Positions 1 to 9,246 of a stretch of 64,000 nt of DNA are shown here, piece after piece; position 1 is the stretch's first letter; each line of letters begins with the position of its first letter. The notes beneath the pieces were generated by a model, which was not told the DNA's origin, searched no databases, and saw only the letters and a list, made by a program, of their open reading frames with translations. Origin of the DNA: Hyphomicrobiaceae bacterium (lineage in GTDB: Bacteria > Pseudomonadota > Alphaproteobacteria > Rhizobiales > Hyphomicrobiaceae). The stretch covers positions 7,490 through 71,489 of the forward strand of contig DASZQG010000049.1 in assembly GCA_035550075.1 (NCBI GenBank), written 5' to 3'. The translations under genes and the position numbers were made by a program.

Positions 1-829
1 CTTTCTTATGCGGTCCGCGCGGCTCGCCGCGGTGCGGATGATAGCTCACCAGAAGGGTGTCATGGTCGACCATGGCGCCCTGGATGCGCGGCCATGGGCA
101 CATGTAGATGCATACCTGCTCGCGGGCGATGCCGCCGAGCAGATAGGTGGTGAGCGTGAAGATGCCGAGAAACAGATAGGCGATTGCCGGAGCGGTGCCG
201 GTGACCAGCTCGTAAGCCAGTGTTGGTGCGTCGCGGAAGTAGAACACGAAGGCGCCGCCCGTCGCCACCCCTATGGCGAGCCACGTCAAGTGCGTCATGC
301 CCTTGCGGAATAGCTTGACCGGTCCCCAGGGACGCTTGTCGAGCGCGATCCTGGCGTTGCGGTCGCCCTGCCAGAAGCGCTCCACCACGATCATCAGATC
401 GGTCCACACCGTCTGCGGGCAGGTGTAGCCGCACCAGACCCGGCCGGCGACCGATGTAATCAGGAACAATCCAAGAGCTGAAAGAACCAGCAGGCCGGTT
501 ATGAAGTAGAACTCCTGCGGCCAGATCTCGAGAAAGAAAAAGAAGAACCGGTTGTTGGCCATATCCAAAAGCACGGCCTGGTCGGGCAGGTCGGGCCCGC
601 GATACCAGCGCAACCAGGGCAGCGCGTAGTAGATGCCGAGGGTGACGGCCATCGTCAGCCACTTGAGCTTGCGAAAGCGGCCGTGCGCCAGCTTCGGATA
701 GACCTTCTGGCGGGCTGCGTAGAGCGAGCGGTCCTGTTTGCGATTAATCGCCTTGACGTCGAGGCGCTCGACGCCCGGCGCGGCCTGGGCCGTCTCGGCG
801 GGTGCAATATGCGCGTCCATGTGCGTCAT
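1..829 (-). CDS. ccoG: cbb3 oxidase accessory Fe-S protein CcoG/FixG, N-terminal part (runs off left edge)
   Basis: Absent from the ORF track because it has no stop in the window. Minus-strand translation from the ATG at 829-827 gives MTHMDAHIAPAETAQAAPGVERLDVKAINRKQDRSLYAARQKVYPKLAHGRFRKLKW and later VAGRVWCGYTCPQTVWTDLM, a typical CcoG motif. It lies directly downstream of ccoNOQP. Confidence 0.85.
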   Translation of the reverse strand, partial: MTHMDAHIAPAETAQAAPGVERLDVKAINRKQDRSLYAARQKVYPKLAHGRFRKLKWLTMAVTLGIYYALPWLRWYRGPDLPDQAVLLDMANNRFFFFFLEIWPQEFYFITGLLVLSALGLFLITSVAGRVWCGYTCPQTVWTDLMIVVERFWQGDRNARIALDKRPWGPVKLFRKGMTHLTWLAIGVATGGAFVFYFRDAPTLAYELVTGTAPAIAYLFLGIFTLTTYLLGGIAREQVCIYMCPWPRIQGAMVDHDTLLVSYHPHRGEPRGPHKK

Positions 830-844
830 CGCTCGCCCGCGGTC

Positions 845-1717
845 CTACTGCCCTCCGCCCAGACTGTGGACGTAGACGGCGAGGGCCTTCAAAGTCACAG
901 GGTCGAGGCGACCGGCCCACGCCGGCATCACGCCGCCACGGCCGGTTCTGATGCTGTCGAGAATGGCTTGCTTGCTGCTGCCATAGAGCCAGATGTTGTC
1001 CGCCAGGTTAGGCGCCCCCATGTCCTGCCTGCCCTTGCCGTCGGGTCCATGGCAGGAGGTGCACTGGTCAGCGAAGGTCTTTTCGCCTCGTGCCGCCGCC
1101 GCCTGATCGTCCGACTTGCCCGACAGCGATAGCACGTACTCTGCTGCGTCGTTGATCTGGCGCTCGTCGAGTATCTTGTCGAGGCCATAGCGCGGCATCT
1201 GTGTGACGCGCGCATCCTTTTGGTCCGAACGGATGCCAACGCTGATGGTTTTGTGGATGTCGTCGATCGTTCCGCCCCACAGCCAGTCGTCATCGTTGAG
1301 GTTGGGGTAGCCGGCATAACCTTGCGCCCCACGACCGTGGCAGGGCGCACAGTTGGCCTGGAATGCCGCAACCCCGCCCGCCATGGCGAAGCGCAGCAGG
1401 TCGGGATCGCTCTTGATCCTGTCGAGGGGTGTAGCAGCGAGCTTGTCCCCGAACTGAGCCTGGCTGGCTCGGGCGGCCTTGACGTCTTCGGCCACGACGA
1501 CGCGCTGGCTGTAACCCAAAACGCCCCTGGAATAGCCAGTAAACGTCGGCCAGGCCGGATAGACGACCCAGTAGCCGATAGCCCATAGAATGGTGGCGTA
1601 AAAGGTCAGGACCCACCACCTCGGCAGCGGCTTGTTGAGCTCCTTGACCCCGTCCCACTCGTGCCCGGTGGTCTCGACTCCCGTCACGTCGTCGACGTCA
1701 CGCTGCTTGGCGCTCAT
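845..1717 (-). CDS. ccoP: cbb3-type cytochrome c oxidase subunit P (diheme cytochrome c)
   Basis: The ORF 845..1804 contains two heme c motifs, CAPCHG and CTSCHG, and an N-terminal TM segment. I chose the internal start MSAKQRDVDDVTGVETTGHEWDGVKELNKPLPRWW at 1717, which overlaps the ccoQ stop (ATGA). Confidence 0.9.
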   Translation of the reverse strand: MSAKQRDVDDVTGVETTGHEWDGVKELNKPLPRWWVLTFYATILWAIGYWVVYPAWPTFTGYSRGVLGYSQRVVVAEDVKAARASQAQFGDKLAATPLDRIKSDPDLLRFAMAGGVAAFQANCAPCHGRGAQGYAGYPNLNDDDWLWGGTIDDIHKTISVGIRSDQKDARVTQMPRYGLDKILDERQINDAAEYVLSLSGKSDDQAAAARGEKTFADQCTSCHGPDGKGRQDMGAPNLADNIWLYGSSKQAILDSIRTGRGGVMPAWAGRLDPVTLKALAVYVHSLGGGQ

Positions 1718-1893
1718 AGTCGCCCCCCGTCGGTCGGCGGCTGGCGGTCGAGATCGAGCGCGCGTTGTTGGGCCCTCTCGAAGCGTGGCCCGTTCTTCGG
1801 CCACAATGCATAGACCAGCACTGCGGCGAACAGGGCCATGAACATGATGAGCGAGGTCACTTGGCTCAGCGTGGCGATCGTGTCGTAGGTCAT
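1714..1893 (-). CDS. ccoQ: cbb3 oxidase small subunit CcoQ/FixQ (59 aa)
   Basis: Below the ORF-track size cutoff, so translated by hand: MTYDTIATLSQVTSLIMFMALFAAVLVYALWPKNGPRFERAQQRALDLDRQPPTDGGRL. It has a single TM helix, sits between ccoO and ccoP, and its stop overlaps the ccoP start. Confidence 0.7.
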   Translation of the reverse strand: MTYDTIATLSQVTSLIMFMALFAAVLVYALWPKNGPRFERAQQRALDLDRQPPTDGGRL

Positions 1894-1908
1894 GGGATCT
1901 CGCTCTTT

Positions 1909-2637
1909 TCAGCGTAGGTTCGGGCCGGATGCGTCGAAGGTCGCGAAATCGACGAGTGTGCCAAGCACTTGCAGGTATGCGATGAGCGCGTCGAGCTCGC
2001 TTGGCTGCGTGTCCGGTTTGCCGTCGAACTTGGCCACCTTGGCTTTCGGATAGCGCCGCAGGAACTCGCGCGCCGGGCGGCTGTCGGGCACGACCTGAGC
2101 AGCCAAGTCCTGTGCCGCCTTGTCGATCATCTCGTCGGTATAGGGCACGCCGACCAGGCGCAGCGTTTTCAAACGGTCAGCGATGCCACGTGTGTCCAGC
2201 CTGCGTTCAGCCAACCATGGATAACCCGGCATGATACTTTCAGGGACCACGGAGCGCGGATTGATGAGGTGCTCGGCCTGCCACTGGTCGGAGTATTTGC
2301 CGCCGACGCGCGCGAGATCGGGTCCAGTGCGCTTGGATCCCCATTGGAAGGGATGGTCGTACATGCTCTCAGCGGCGAGGCTGTAATGGCCGTAGCGCTC
2401 GACCTCGTCACGCAGCGTGCGCACCATCTGGCTATGGCAGCCGTAGCAACCTTCGCGCACGTAGATGTCGCGGCCAGCTTGTTCCAGCGGCGTATAGGGA
2501 CGCATGCCCGCGACTTTCTCGATCGTGCTTTCCACCCAGAACAAGGGAGCAATCTGCACAATGCCGCCGATCGAGACGACCACCAGGATGCCGATCAGAA
2601 GTAGGATCGAGTTCTTCTCAAACAGCTCATGATTCAT
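1909..2637 (-). CDS. ccoO: cbb3-type cytochrome c oxidase subunit O (monoheme)
   Basis: 242 aa with an N-terminal TM segment and the heme c motif CYGCHS. It sits immediately after ccoN. Confidence 0.95.
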   Translation of the reverse strand: MNHELFEKNSILLLIGILVVVSIGGIVQIAPLFWVESTIEKVAGMRPYTPLEQAGRDIYVREGCYGCHSQMVRTLRDEVERYGHYSLAAESMYDHPFQWGSKRTGPDLARVGGKYSDQWQAEHLINPRSVVPESIMPGYPWLAERRLDTRGIADRLKTLRLVGVPYTDEMIDKAAQDLAAQVVPDSRPAREFLRRYPKAKVAKFDGKPDTQPSELDALIAYLQVLGTLVDFATFDASGPNLR

Positions 2638-2646
2638 GGTTCGGAC

Positions 2647-4302
2647 CTATTCCGCCGCCGCAGGCCGGAGCTGTGGAGTAGCCGCAATGCGCGGTTGATC
2701 CGCGATGTCGAGGGGTTCGTCGCCACGCACCGTGCGCCAAACGTTGTAGGCCATGATCAGAGAGCCCAGCACGAACAGAAGCCCTCCGATGGCGCGGATG
2801 ACGTAGTAGGGCTTCATGGCTTCGACGGTTTCGATGAACGAGTACTGCAGGAAGCCCAACTTGTCGTAGGCGCGCCACATCAGGCCTTGCGTGATGCCCG
2901 ACACCCACATGGCCGTGATGTAGAGCACGATGCCGATAGTCGCGGTCCAGAAGTGCCACTCGACGAGGCGCATGGAATAGAGACCACGCCGGCCCCACAG
3001 CCACGGCACCAGACAATAGATCGCGCCGAATGAGACCATAGCGACCCAGCCGAGCGCGCCCGAATGCACGTGGCCAATGGTCCAGTCGGTATAGTGTGAG
3101 AGCGAATTGACTGACTTGATACTCATGACCGGGCCTTCGAAGGTCGACATGCCGTAGAAGGCGACAGAGACGACCAGCAAGCGCACGACCGGATCCGTGC
3201 GCAGCTTGTCCCATGCGCCCGACAGCGTCATCAGCCCGTTGATCATGTCGCCCCAGGACGGCATCCACAGCATGATCGAGAACGTCATGCCCAGCGTCTG
3301 CGCCCAGTCGGGCAGGGCCGTATAGTGCAGATGGTGGGGGCCGGCCCAGATATAAAGAAAAATCAGCGTCCAAAAATGTACGATGGAGAGGCGATAAGAG
3401 TAGACCGGCCGCTCCACGCGCTTGGGGATGAAGTAGTACATGATGCCGAGAAAGCCGGCGGTCAGGAAGAAGCCGACCGCATTGTGCCCGTACCACCATT
3501 GCGTCATGGCATCCTGCACGCCCGAGTAGACAATGTAGCTCTTCGGGCTCGTCAGACTGACCGGAATGGTCGCGTTGTTGACGATGTGCAGCATGGCGAT
3601 GGTGACGATGAAGGCCAGGTAGAACCAGTTCGCCACATAGATGTGCGGCTCCTTGCGCTTGGCCAGCGTGCCGAGGAACACCGCCAGGTAGACCACCCAC
3701 ACGATGGTGAGCCATAAGTCCGCGTACCACTCGGGTTCGGCATACTCCTTGCCTTGCGTGATCCCCAGCAGGTAGCCGGTGGCCGCCACCGCGATGAAAA
3801 GCTGGTATCCCCAGATCACGAACCACGGCGCCCAGCGGCCGGCGAGGCGCGCATGGCAGGTGCGTTGCACCACATAGAACGACGTCGCAAGCAGCACGTT
3901 GCCGCCGAAGGCAAAGATGACCGCCGAAGTGTGCAGCGGGCGCAAGCGGCCAAAACTCGTCCACGGCAGATCGAGATTGAGAGCGGGAAAGGCAAGCTGC
4001 CAGGCGAGCACGTCACCCACGACAAAGCCGGCAATGCCCCAGAGAACGGCTGCGATGGTTGCGGCCTTGATGGGGCCGTCCATGTAGCCCGTGGCAATCT
4101 CTCGCCTCGTGTCGAATGAGAATTCCAGCACGAGGACCGCAGCGATGACGCAAGCAACCAACAGGAGCAGGCCGTGAAAGGCCATGCCGGGATCGCTGGA
4201 TGTGAGCAGCAATCCAACCCCGACCGCGGCACCGATAAAGGCGCCCGACAAGGCCAATCCGTCGGCTAAGGCCGCCCGTTCTTCAACTCGCCGTGTCGAC
4301 AC
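2647..4302 (-). CDS. ccoN: cbb3-type cytochrome c oxidase catalytic subunit N
   Basis: 551 aa polytopic membrane protein with the heme-copper oxidase His ligand regions [10 protein letters not shown] and [12 protein letters not shown]. It is the first gene of the ccoNOQP order. Confidence 0.95.
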   Translation of the reverse strand: MSTRRVEERAALADGLALSGAFIGAAVGVGLLLTSSDPGMAFHGLLLLVACVIAAVLVLEFSFDTRREIATGYMDGPIKAATIAAVLWGIAGFVVGDVLAWQLAFPALNLDLPWTSFGRLRPLHTSAVIFAFGGNVLLATSFYVVQRTCHARLAGRWAPWFVIWGYQLFIAVAATGYLLGITQGKEYAEPEWYADLWLTIVWVVYLAVFLGTLAKRKEPHIYVANWFYLAFIVTIAMLHIVNNATIPVSLTSPKSYIVYSGVQDAMTQWWYGHNAVGFFLTAGFLGIMYYFIPKRVERPVYSYRLSIVHFWTLIFLYIWAGPHHLHYTALPDWAQTLGMTFSIMLWMPSWGDMINGLMTLSGAWDKLRTDPVVRLLVVSVAFYGMSTFEGPVMSIKSVNSLSHYTDWTIGHVHSGALGWVAMVSFGAIYCLVPWLWGRRGLYSMRLVEWHFWTATIGIVLYITAMWVSGITQGLMWRAYDKLGFLQYSFIETVEAMKPYYVIRAIGGLLFVLGSLIMAYNVWRTVRGDEPLDIADQPRIAATPQLRPAAAE

Positions 4303-4384
4303 TTTGCCTGCCCCCTGGACTTCTGGACGCTGTGCAGCGCATCAATCGCCGCCGAGGAGTTAAACCGCGCCTTCGTTGTTGCTT

Positions 4385-4398
4385 TTGATCCAGATCAA
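4385..4398. promoter_or_regulatory. FixK/FNR-type anaerobox TTGAT-N4-ATCAA upstream of ccoN
   Basis: Exact palindrome TTGATCCAGATCAA centred about 89 bp upstream of the ccoN ATG. fixNOQP/ccoNOQP promoters are classic FixK/FNR targets. Confidence 0.75.
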
Positions 4399-4465
4399 TC
4401 GATGGGCGACGTTGATCTCCGAACAGCGATCGCTTCAGCGCCCTGCGGCGATTATTCACGCGTCC

Positions 4466-5200
4466 TCAGCCGAACTTGACGAAGAGCTTGGCGAATGCCG
4501 GTTTCAGTTTCATGCGCATATCCTTGATGCGCGGCACATCGCCGGTTCGGACCGTGGCTCTCAGATCGGCGACGGTTTTGTTGAGCGCTTCAACCAGCGG
4601 CTCGAAGTCGGAGGCAACAGCAGCGTCCGGCGGCGGAGCCTTGCGCAGCTCGGCGCCGAGGAAGGCGAGGACGGAAACATCTTCCGTGAGGTCGATCAGT
4701 CCGTCTCCGGCAAAGCCGCCATAGCTCTTCGTCAGAACCTGTTCCATGGCGTGATGGAACGCATCGATGCGGTCGGAATAGGCAATAAGGCCGTTGCGCT
4801 CACGCATGTCCGAGAAGACCGCGCGCAGGGATTCGAGGATTTCGTGAGCTTGCGCGAGAGCGCCGTTGCCGACCTCGGCCTTGGCACGTTCAACGATTGC
4901 GGTTGCGGCCGCGAGGCTCTCGCTCCACCTCGGATCTTCTGAATACTGCGGAGGTGGCGTCGCGAGGTATTTGCGTGTCAGCATCGACCACTTCGCCTCG
5001 AACGCCGAAAGGGCCTTCTCACTGCCATCGCGGTTGTTGGCATTGGTGGCGAACAGCGCGTTGCGGTAGTCCGCATAGGCCGTGCGGAACGCAGAATCGT
5101 AGTCTGCGATGGGACCGGCCAAGAGCGGGGCAGGACGAAAAGCAAGAAGTGCGGTCGTCAGCAGCACGGCAAGCGAGCGAACTCGCATATGGTTCGTCAT
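4466..5200 (-). CDS. secreted hypothetical protein (predicted all-helical, periplasmic)
   Basis: 244 aa with an N-terminal signal-like segment (MRVRSLAVLLTTALLAFRPAPLLAG) and good GC3 bias. I recognise no family. Confidence 0.65.
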   Translation of the reverse strand: MTNHMRVRSLAVLLTTALLAFRPAPLLAGPIADYDSAFRTAYADYRNALFATNANNRDGSEKALSAFEAKWSMLTRKYLATPPPQYSEDPRWSESLAAATAIVERAKAEVGNGALAQAHEILESLRAVFSDMRERNGLIAYSDRIDAFHHAMEQVLTKSYGGFAGDGLIDLTEDVSVLAFLGAELRKAPPPDAAVASDFEPLVEALNKTVADLRATVRTGDVPRIKDMRMKLKPAFAKLFVKFG

Positions 5201-5261
5201 GACTTTGCCCTTACGCGATCACAGACCGCTTTCTTTCCCGCCCCGCGTCTCGGCAGCGGGA

Positions 5262-5519
5262 CTACTTTTTCGTCCCGCCGAGTTGCTTGCCGCGTCCGCC
5301 GCCGGTCGTATCGAGTGCCTTTTTGCAGGCGCCAGACAAGATCGCGTATTTAGATTCAAGGCAGATCCGGATGCTGCCGTCATGACGCTTGCCCGAGCAG
5401 AATTTGGCGATGTCCTTGGCACAACTGGTTGCAACGGGACCGGTTTGCGCAAAGGCGCCCGTTGCAAAGCCGCTAAGGCCGATGAAGGCGACGAAGGCAG
5501 GAAAAGTGACGCTACGCAT
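5262..5519 (-). CDS. small secreted cysteine-rich repeat protein
   Basis: 85 aa with a signal peptide ending AFAQ. The mature part, C-AKDIAKFC-x6-G-x4-CL-x6-LSGAC-KKAL, matches the bacterial cysteine-rich repeat pattern as I recall it. Confidence 0.7.
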   Translation of the reverse strand: MRSVTFPAFVAFIGLSGFATGAFAQTGPVATSCAKDIAKFCSGKRHDGSIRICLESKYAILSGACKKALDTTGGGRGKQLGGTKK

Positions 5520-5643
5520 GGGATGAACTCCTAGATTGGGTCGGGGACGCTGACGGAGCTAAATTCGATGCTGGCCGGCCATCGACGGCCGACGGGGCGG
5601 TGCCCGGACAGATCCGGCATCACTGCCCCGATTTTCGCGGCAC

Positions 5644-6204
5644 TCAGCCCCACGGGCCTCGCATCATGCCGACCATCGGGATGCCGACATCATCCGCATC
5701 CTTTTTCTGCTCGTCGGATAGCACGGCGTAGAGCTTGTTCACCGCCGACTTGACCGACTTGATCTCGTCGAGCCGGACCGTCATGAACTGCTCCTGCGCT
5801 TCGACGCGCTCTGGCAGGGTCTTGCCGCGTTCGCCGCCACCGAAAATGCTCTGCATGCGCTCGTTGTGGTGCTTGGCAGCGGTACGGACCGCATCAGCCA
5901 GTTCGTTCCAGGCCGCGTTCTGAGCTCCCGTGATCTTCAGCTCAGCTTTGACATAAGCAAGCTGCCCCTCGATGCGCTCCAGCATCCATGCGGAGTTGCC
6001 GCCGCGACCCCAGCCCCACATTCCGCCGCCGGGACCCATGCCCCAGCCGGGACCCATGCCCGAGCCGGGACCCATGTGCCATCCCATGCCCCAGCCTCGA
6101 TTGTCGCTGCCGCGATCCGCGGGCGGCCCGCCCTGCGCTACGGCGAATCCAGCAATACTCATCGCAATCGCAGCCGGACCCGCCATTTTGAGCCAAGCGT
6201 TCAT
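5644..6204 (-). CDS. periplasmic Spy/CpxP-like (LTXXQ-type) protein with Met/Gly/Trp-rich N-terminal repeat
   Basis: I chose the internal start MNAWLKMAGPAAIAMSIAGFAVAQG at 6204, which has an AAGGAG RBS 7 nt upstream. The helical C-terminal part carries an LSDEQKK motif (LTXXQ-like). The N-terminal region reads GWGMGWHMGPGSGMGPGWGMGPGGGMWGWG. Confidence 0.8.
   Translation of the reverse strand: MNAWLKMAGPAAIAMSIAGFAVAQGGPPADRGSDNRGWGMGWHMGPGSGMGPGWGMGPGGGMWGWGRGGNSAWMLERIEGQLAYVKAELKITGAQNAAWNELADAVRTAAKHHNERMQSIFGGGERGKTLPERVEAQEQFMTVRLDEIKSVKSAVNKLYAVLSDEQKKDADDVGIPMVGMMRGPWG
6029..6082. repeat. 18-bp tandem repeat x3 inside the Spy-like gene
   Basis: The three units are ccgggacccatgccccag / ccgggacccatgcccgag / ccgggacccatgtgccat. 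On the minus strand they encode the GMGPG(W/S) hexapeptide repeat. Confidence 0.9.
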
Positions 6205-6267
6205 GCTGTCCTCCTTGAGGTCACAAACATCAAGTTTGCAGGAGAGCACGCGGGCGCTTCCTCGCCT

Positions 6268-6281
6268 TTGATGCCGATCAA
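6268..6281. promoter_or_regulatory. second perfect FixK/FNR box upstream of the Spy-like gene
   Basis: TTGATGCCGATCAA centred about 70 bp upstream of the ATG at 6204. Confidence 0.65.
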
Positions 6282-6773
6282 ACGGCGCTGCATCCGGTTG
6301 ATGTGCATCGCTCTCGCATGAGCGATCCGCGCAAATGCCCGTTGCGCGAGCCGGCGATGGGGGCAAAATCAGAAGCGCGCGCGAATGATGCCGTTCAAAT
6401 GTGCGGCGGGACTTGGGGTGGGCTTTGGCGCACGCCAACGCGGCGTGCGCCAGCACACCACCGATTGAGCTGGCAACTTAGAGCCGTTTCCACACGTGCC
6501 ACATCCATGACGTGGATTGTGCGACGCGGTCATGCGCGAGGCTGCGCACTGCGGAAAGTCGCCTCAGACGGAGGCTTGCCCCCTGTGAGGCAATAAGTCC
6601 GCATGCTGAATGAAGGTGCAATCACGTTGCGTTTGGTTAAGAGAGGATTCTTTTTGCCTGGCATTCAGCTTTCATTCATCCGCCCTGGCTCAAAAGTTAA
6701 GCTACGGGGAAAACCAGTGTGTTTCCCGGTAGAGAGACGTCACAGACACGAAACGCGAAGGAGGACTACACTG

Positions 6774-7028
6774 ATGATCCGCAGTCTTTGGGCGATGGCG
6801 TTCGCCTGCTTGCTTCTCGGCTTTGCCGCCTCTGGCGCCACGGCCGCGCCTGCTCCGAAAGCCGGAGCCGCGACGCTTGCGACGGGTGAACTCGTGACGA
6901 AAGTGGATCGCCGCCGTCATCACATTCGTCGTTATCATCACCGCCGCTACCACCATCACCGTCGCCACCGCGTTTGCTGGCACGGCCGCCATTCGCGCCG
7001 GCACTGCGTCTGGCGCTGGTACCGCTAA
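6774..7028 (+). CDS. secreted His/Arg-rich mini-protein (84 aa)
   Basis: The ATG at 6774 is preceded by a GAAGGAGGA RBS. The signal peptide is MIRSLWAMAFACLLLGFAASGATAAPAP and the C-terminus is RRRHHIRRYHHRRYHHHRRHRVCWHGRHSRRHCVWRWYR. A terminator follows. Confidence 0.6.
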   Translation: MIRSLWAMAFACLLLGFAASGATAAPAPKAGAATLATGELVTKVDRRRHHIRRYHHRRYHHHRRHRVCWHGRHSRRHCVWRWYR

Positions 7029-7072
7029 GTCATCTTCAGCCGGGCTCGATCAGAGCCCGTCTGACCGATGCT

Positions 7073-7100
7073 GGGCGGCCATGAGGGCCGCCCTTTTTTT
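7073..7100 (+). terminator. rho-independent terminator
   Basis: Stem GGGCGGCC, loop atga, stem GGGCCGCCC, followed by TTTTTTT, downstream of the His/Arg-rich ORF. Confidence 0.7.
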
Positions 7101-7139
7101 GCGCGATGATTGGTGATCGGCCTGATGCCGCGGCAATGA

Positions 7140-7619
7140 CTATTTGCCCGGCTTGAAAAGGCGATGCACGACACGGTCGCCGGGCTTCAGGCCAAGCCGC
7201 TCCGCCGCTCCGCCGGCAAGCTCCAGGCAGGCGACGACGTCGCCCCGGGAGCCGATAATCGCCAGGGAAAACGGTTCGGTATACGCCTCGATACGGTGCA
7301 CGGTTCCGTCGGCGCGGATGAACACCATGTCGAGGGGGATGTAGGTGTTTTTCATCCACATCGTGATTTCCTGCGGCCGGTCGTAGAAGAACAGCATCCC
7401 GGCCGTATCGGCCAAGTGCGTGCGGAACATGAGCCCGCGGGCCCGCTCGGAATCGCTTTCGGTGATCTCGACCTGGATCGTGCGCTCCCCCTGCGCGGTG
7501 ATCAGCTTCATGGTCTCGTGCAGCATGGCCTCGGCGGGCTTTGCGATGCTCACCGCCAGCAGGGGAAGCACCAGCAAAAACAGGGCCGCCCGGCGGGCGA
7601 CCCTGAAGTGAGCCATCAT
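7140..7619 (-). CDS. DUF192 domain-containing secreted protein
   Basis: I chose the internal start MMAHFRVARRAALFLLVLPLLAVSIA (signal peptide). The conserved core is RARGLMFR...MWMKNTYIPLDMVFI...G. Confidence 0.8.
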   Translation of the reverse strand: MMAHFRVARRAALFLLVLPLLAVSIAKPAEAMLHETMKLITAQGERTIQVEITESDSERARGLMFRTHLADTAGMLFFYDRPQEITMWMKNTYIPLDMVFIRADGTVHRIEAYTEPFSLAIIGSRGDVVACLELAGGAAERLGLKPGDRVVHRLFKPGK

Positions 7620-7638
7620 CAGTGCTTGCGTGTAAATA

Positions 7639-8232
7639 TCAGTGCTTGGGCGGCAGCCCGGGCGGGACGCCGTCCGGCCGCAGCTCGGCCGCCATGCACC
7701 CCTTCTCGCCCATGCCCCAGCGAACCTGAACGTATTGCTCCGGCCGAAGCTCTGTGAAGCCGAACCGGCGCAGCGTCTCCATGTGGCAGAAGATGTCCGG
7801 GGTGCCTTCGCCACGTGTCAGGAATCCGAACCCACGCACCCGGTTGAACCACTTGCACTTGGCGCGTTCCCAGTCGCTTTCGGCTTTTACCACGACGTGT
7901 GTGCGCTGCGGCAGCTGCGATGGATGAATGGCTGTGCTGTCATCCATGCTGAGGACCCGAAAGGCCTGCAGCCCCCGCGGGCGCTTCAGCACCTCGCAGT
8001 GGACCCGCGCACCCTCGTAAGCGGTCTGGAAGCCCCCGGCTCTCAGGCAGGTGACGTGCAAGAGCACGTCCGGCAGGCCGTTATCTGGCACAATGAAGCC
8101 ATAACCTTTTGAAACATCGAACCATTTAATGGCACCGGCGATTTCGAACACCTCCAGTCCCTGTTCGCCCGCCGTCGCTCGCTGTTCGCCTTCAGGAAGA
8201 CCATCAGGTGGAAGTCTTTCCTCGTCCCCCAT
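7639..8232 (-). CDS. cold-shock protein with two tandem cold-shock domains
   Basis: Two CSD cores are present: GAIKWFDVSKGYGFIVPDNG...DVLLHV and AKCKWFNRVRGFGFLTRGEG..DIFCHM. Confidence 0.9.
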   Translation of the reverse strand: MGDEERLPPDGLPEGEQRATAGEQGLEVFEIAGAIKWFDVSKGYGFIVPDNGLPDVLLHVTCLRAGGFQTAYEGARVHCEVLKRPRGLQAFRVLSMDDSTAIHPSQLPQRTHVVVKAESDWERAKCKWFNRVRGFGFLTRGEGTPDIFCHMETLRRFGFTELRPEQYVQVRWGMGEKGCMAAELRPDGVPPGLPPKH

Positions 8233-8799
8233 TGGAGTAATCCCCGCTACTGTTGAACCTACTAAGCTGTACGCACCGCAGGCCCGAAGTTTGCCCTCAT
8301 CGGGTACCTTGCGTTGGATCAGCGGCGCGGACGTTAACCACGTGGGACGGGACAGGCCAGAGATTTTTTTGTACTCGCGGCCGCGAAATCCAAGATTGTC
8401 TGGAAATTGCCTGAGCGCCCCCGTGTAACGCCCTGGAAAGACGGGAGGCTCTGCCGGCTTCTGTGAGGGGCGTCATCTCTGGGGACTATTATTTAGAATG
8501 CCAGGTGACATCAATTACAGATGGGAACTGTATTCGCAGAAGTATAGCCAAACGCATTTCTGATTCGGTTTCACAATAGGTGACAGCAGTGTATCGCCGC
8601 AGGAGCGACGGCGCGATGCTCGTTGCGTTTTTCCACTGCTATCGACGGCTGCGGACCGCCGCTGGGAAACATCCGCAGGTTGTGCTCAATACGGTCAAGA
8701 CGCTAATGCGATTCTCTTGCGCGTCGGCATGTTGCGGCGCAAGGTTCGCACGGATTTTTCCGGGCCAATATCCGCAATGCGGCGTGAGGAGGTTGAGCA

Positions 8800-9246
8800 G
8801 TGTCACTGCGCTATTTGCATACGATGGTGCGCATCAGCAACATCGAAAAGAGCTTGGACTTTTACTGCGACAAACTTGGGATGCAGGAAGTCCATCGCCG
8901 GGAAGATCAGGCCGGGCGCTACACCCTCATCTTCCTGGCGGCACCCGAGGACAAGCAGCAGGCTACCAGCACGCGCGCGCCCCTGCTCGAGCTGACCTTC
9001 AACTGGGATCCGGAAGTCTATGGGGAAGGCCGCAATTTCGGCCACCTCGCGTTCGAGGTCGATGACATCTATGCCACCTGCGACCGGCTGATGAAGGGCG
9101 GCGTCACCATCAACCGCCCCCCGCGCGACGGTCGCATGGCGTTCATCCGCTCGCCCGACAACGTCTCCATCGAGCTTCTGCAAAAGGGGGCCGCACAGGC
9201 GAAGAAGGAGCCGTGGGCGTCGATGCCCAACACCGGCAAATGGTGA
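8800..9246 (+). CDS. gloA: lactoylglutathione lyase (glyoxalase I)
   Basis: GTG start with a GAGGAGG RBS. The sequence MSLRYLHTMVRISNIEKSLDFYCDKLGM...FGHLAFEVDDIYATCDRLMKGGVTINRPPRDGRMAFIRSPDNVSIELLQ is a typical VOC/GloA sequence. Confidence 0.9.
   Translation: MSLRYLHTMVRISNIEKSLDFYCDKLGMQEVHRREDQAGRYTLIFLAAPEDKQQATSTRAPLLELTFNWDPEVYGEGRNFGHLAFEVDDIYATCDRLMKGGVTINRPPRDGRMAFIRSPDNVSIELLQKGAAQAKKEPWASMPNTGKW

Noticed and set aside
60-662. 200-aa minus-strand ORF at the left edge
   Set aside because: It is out of frame with the real gene. The CcoG/FixG frame (1..829, minus) gives a recognisable sequence, including the CGYTCPQTVW motif.
6298-6311. Third FixK-like site, TTGATGTGCATCGC
   Set aside because: Only the left half-site matches. 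The right half is ATCGC, not ATCAA.
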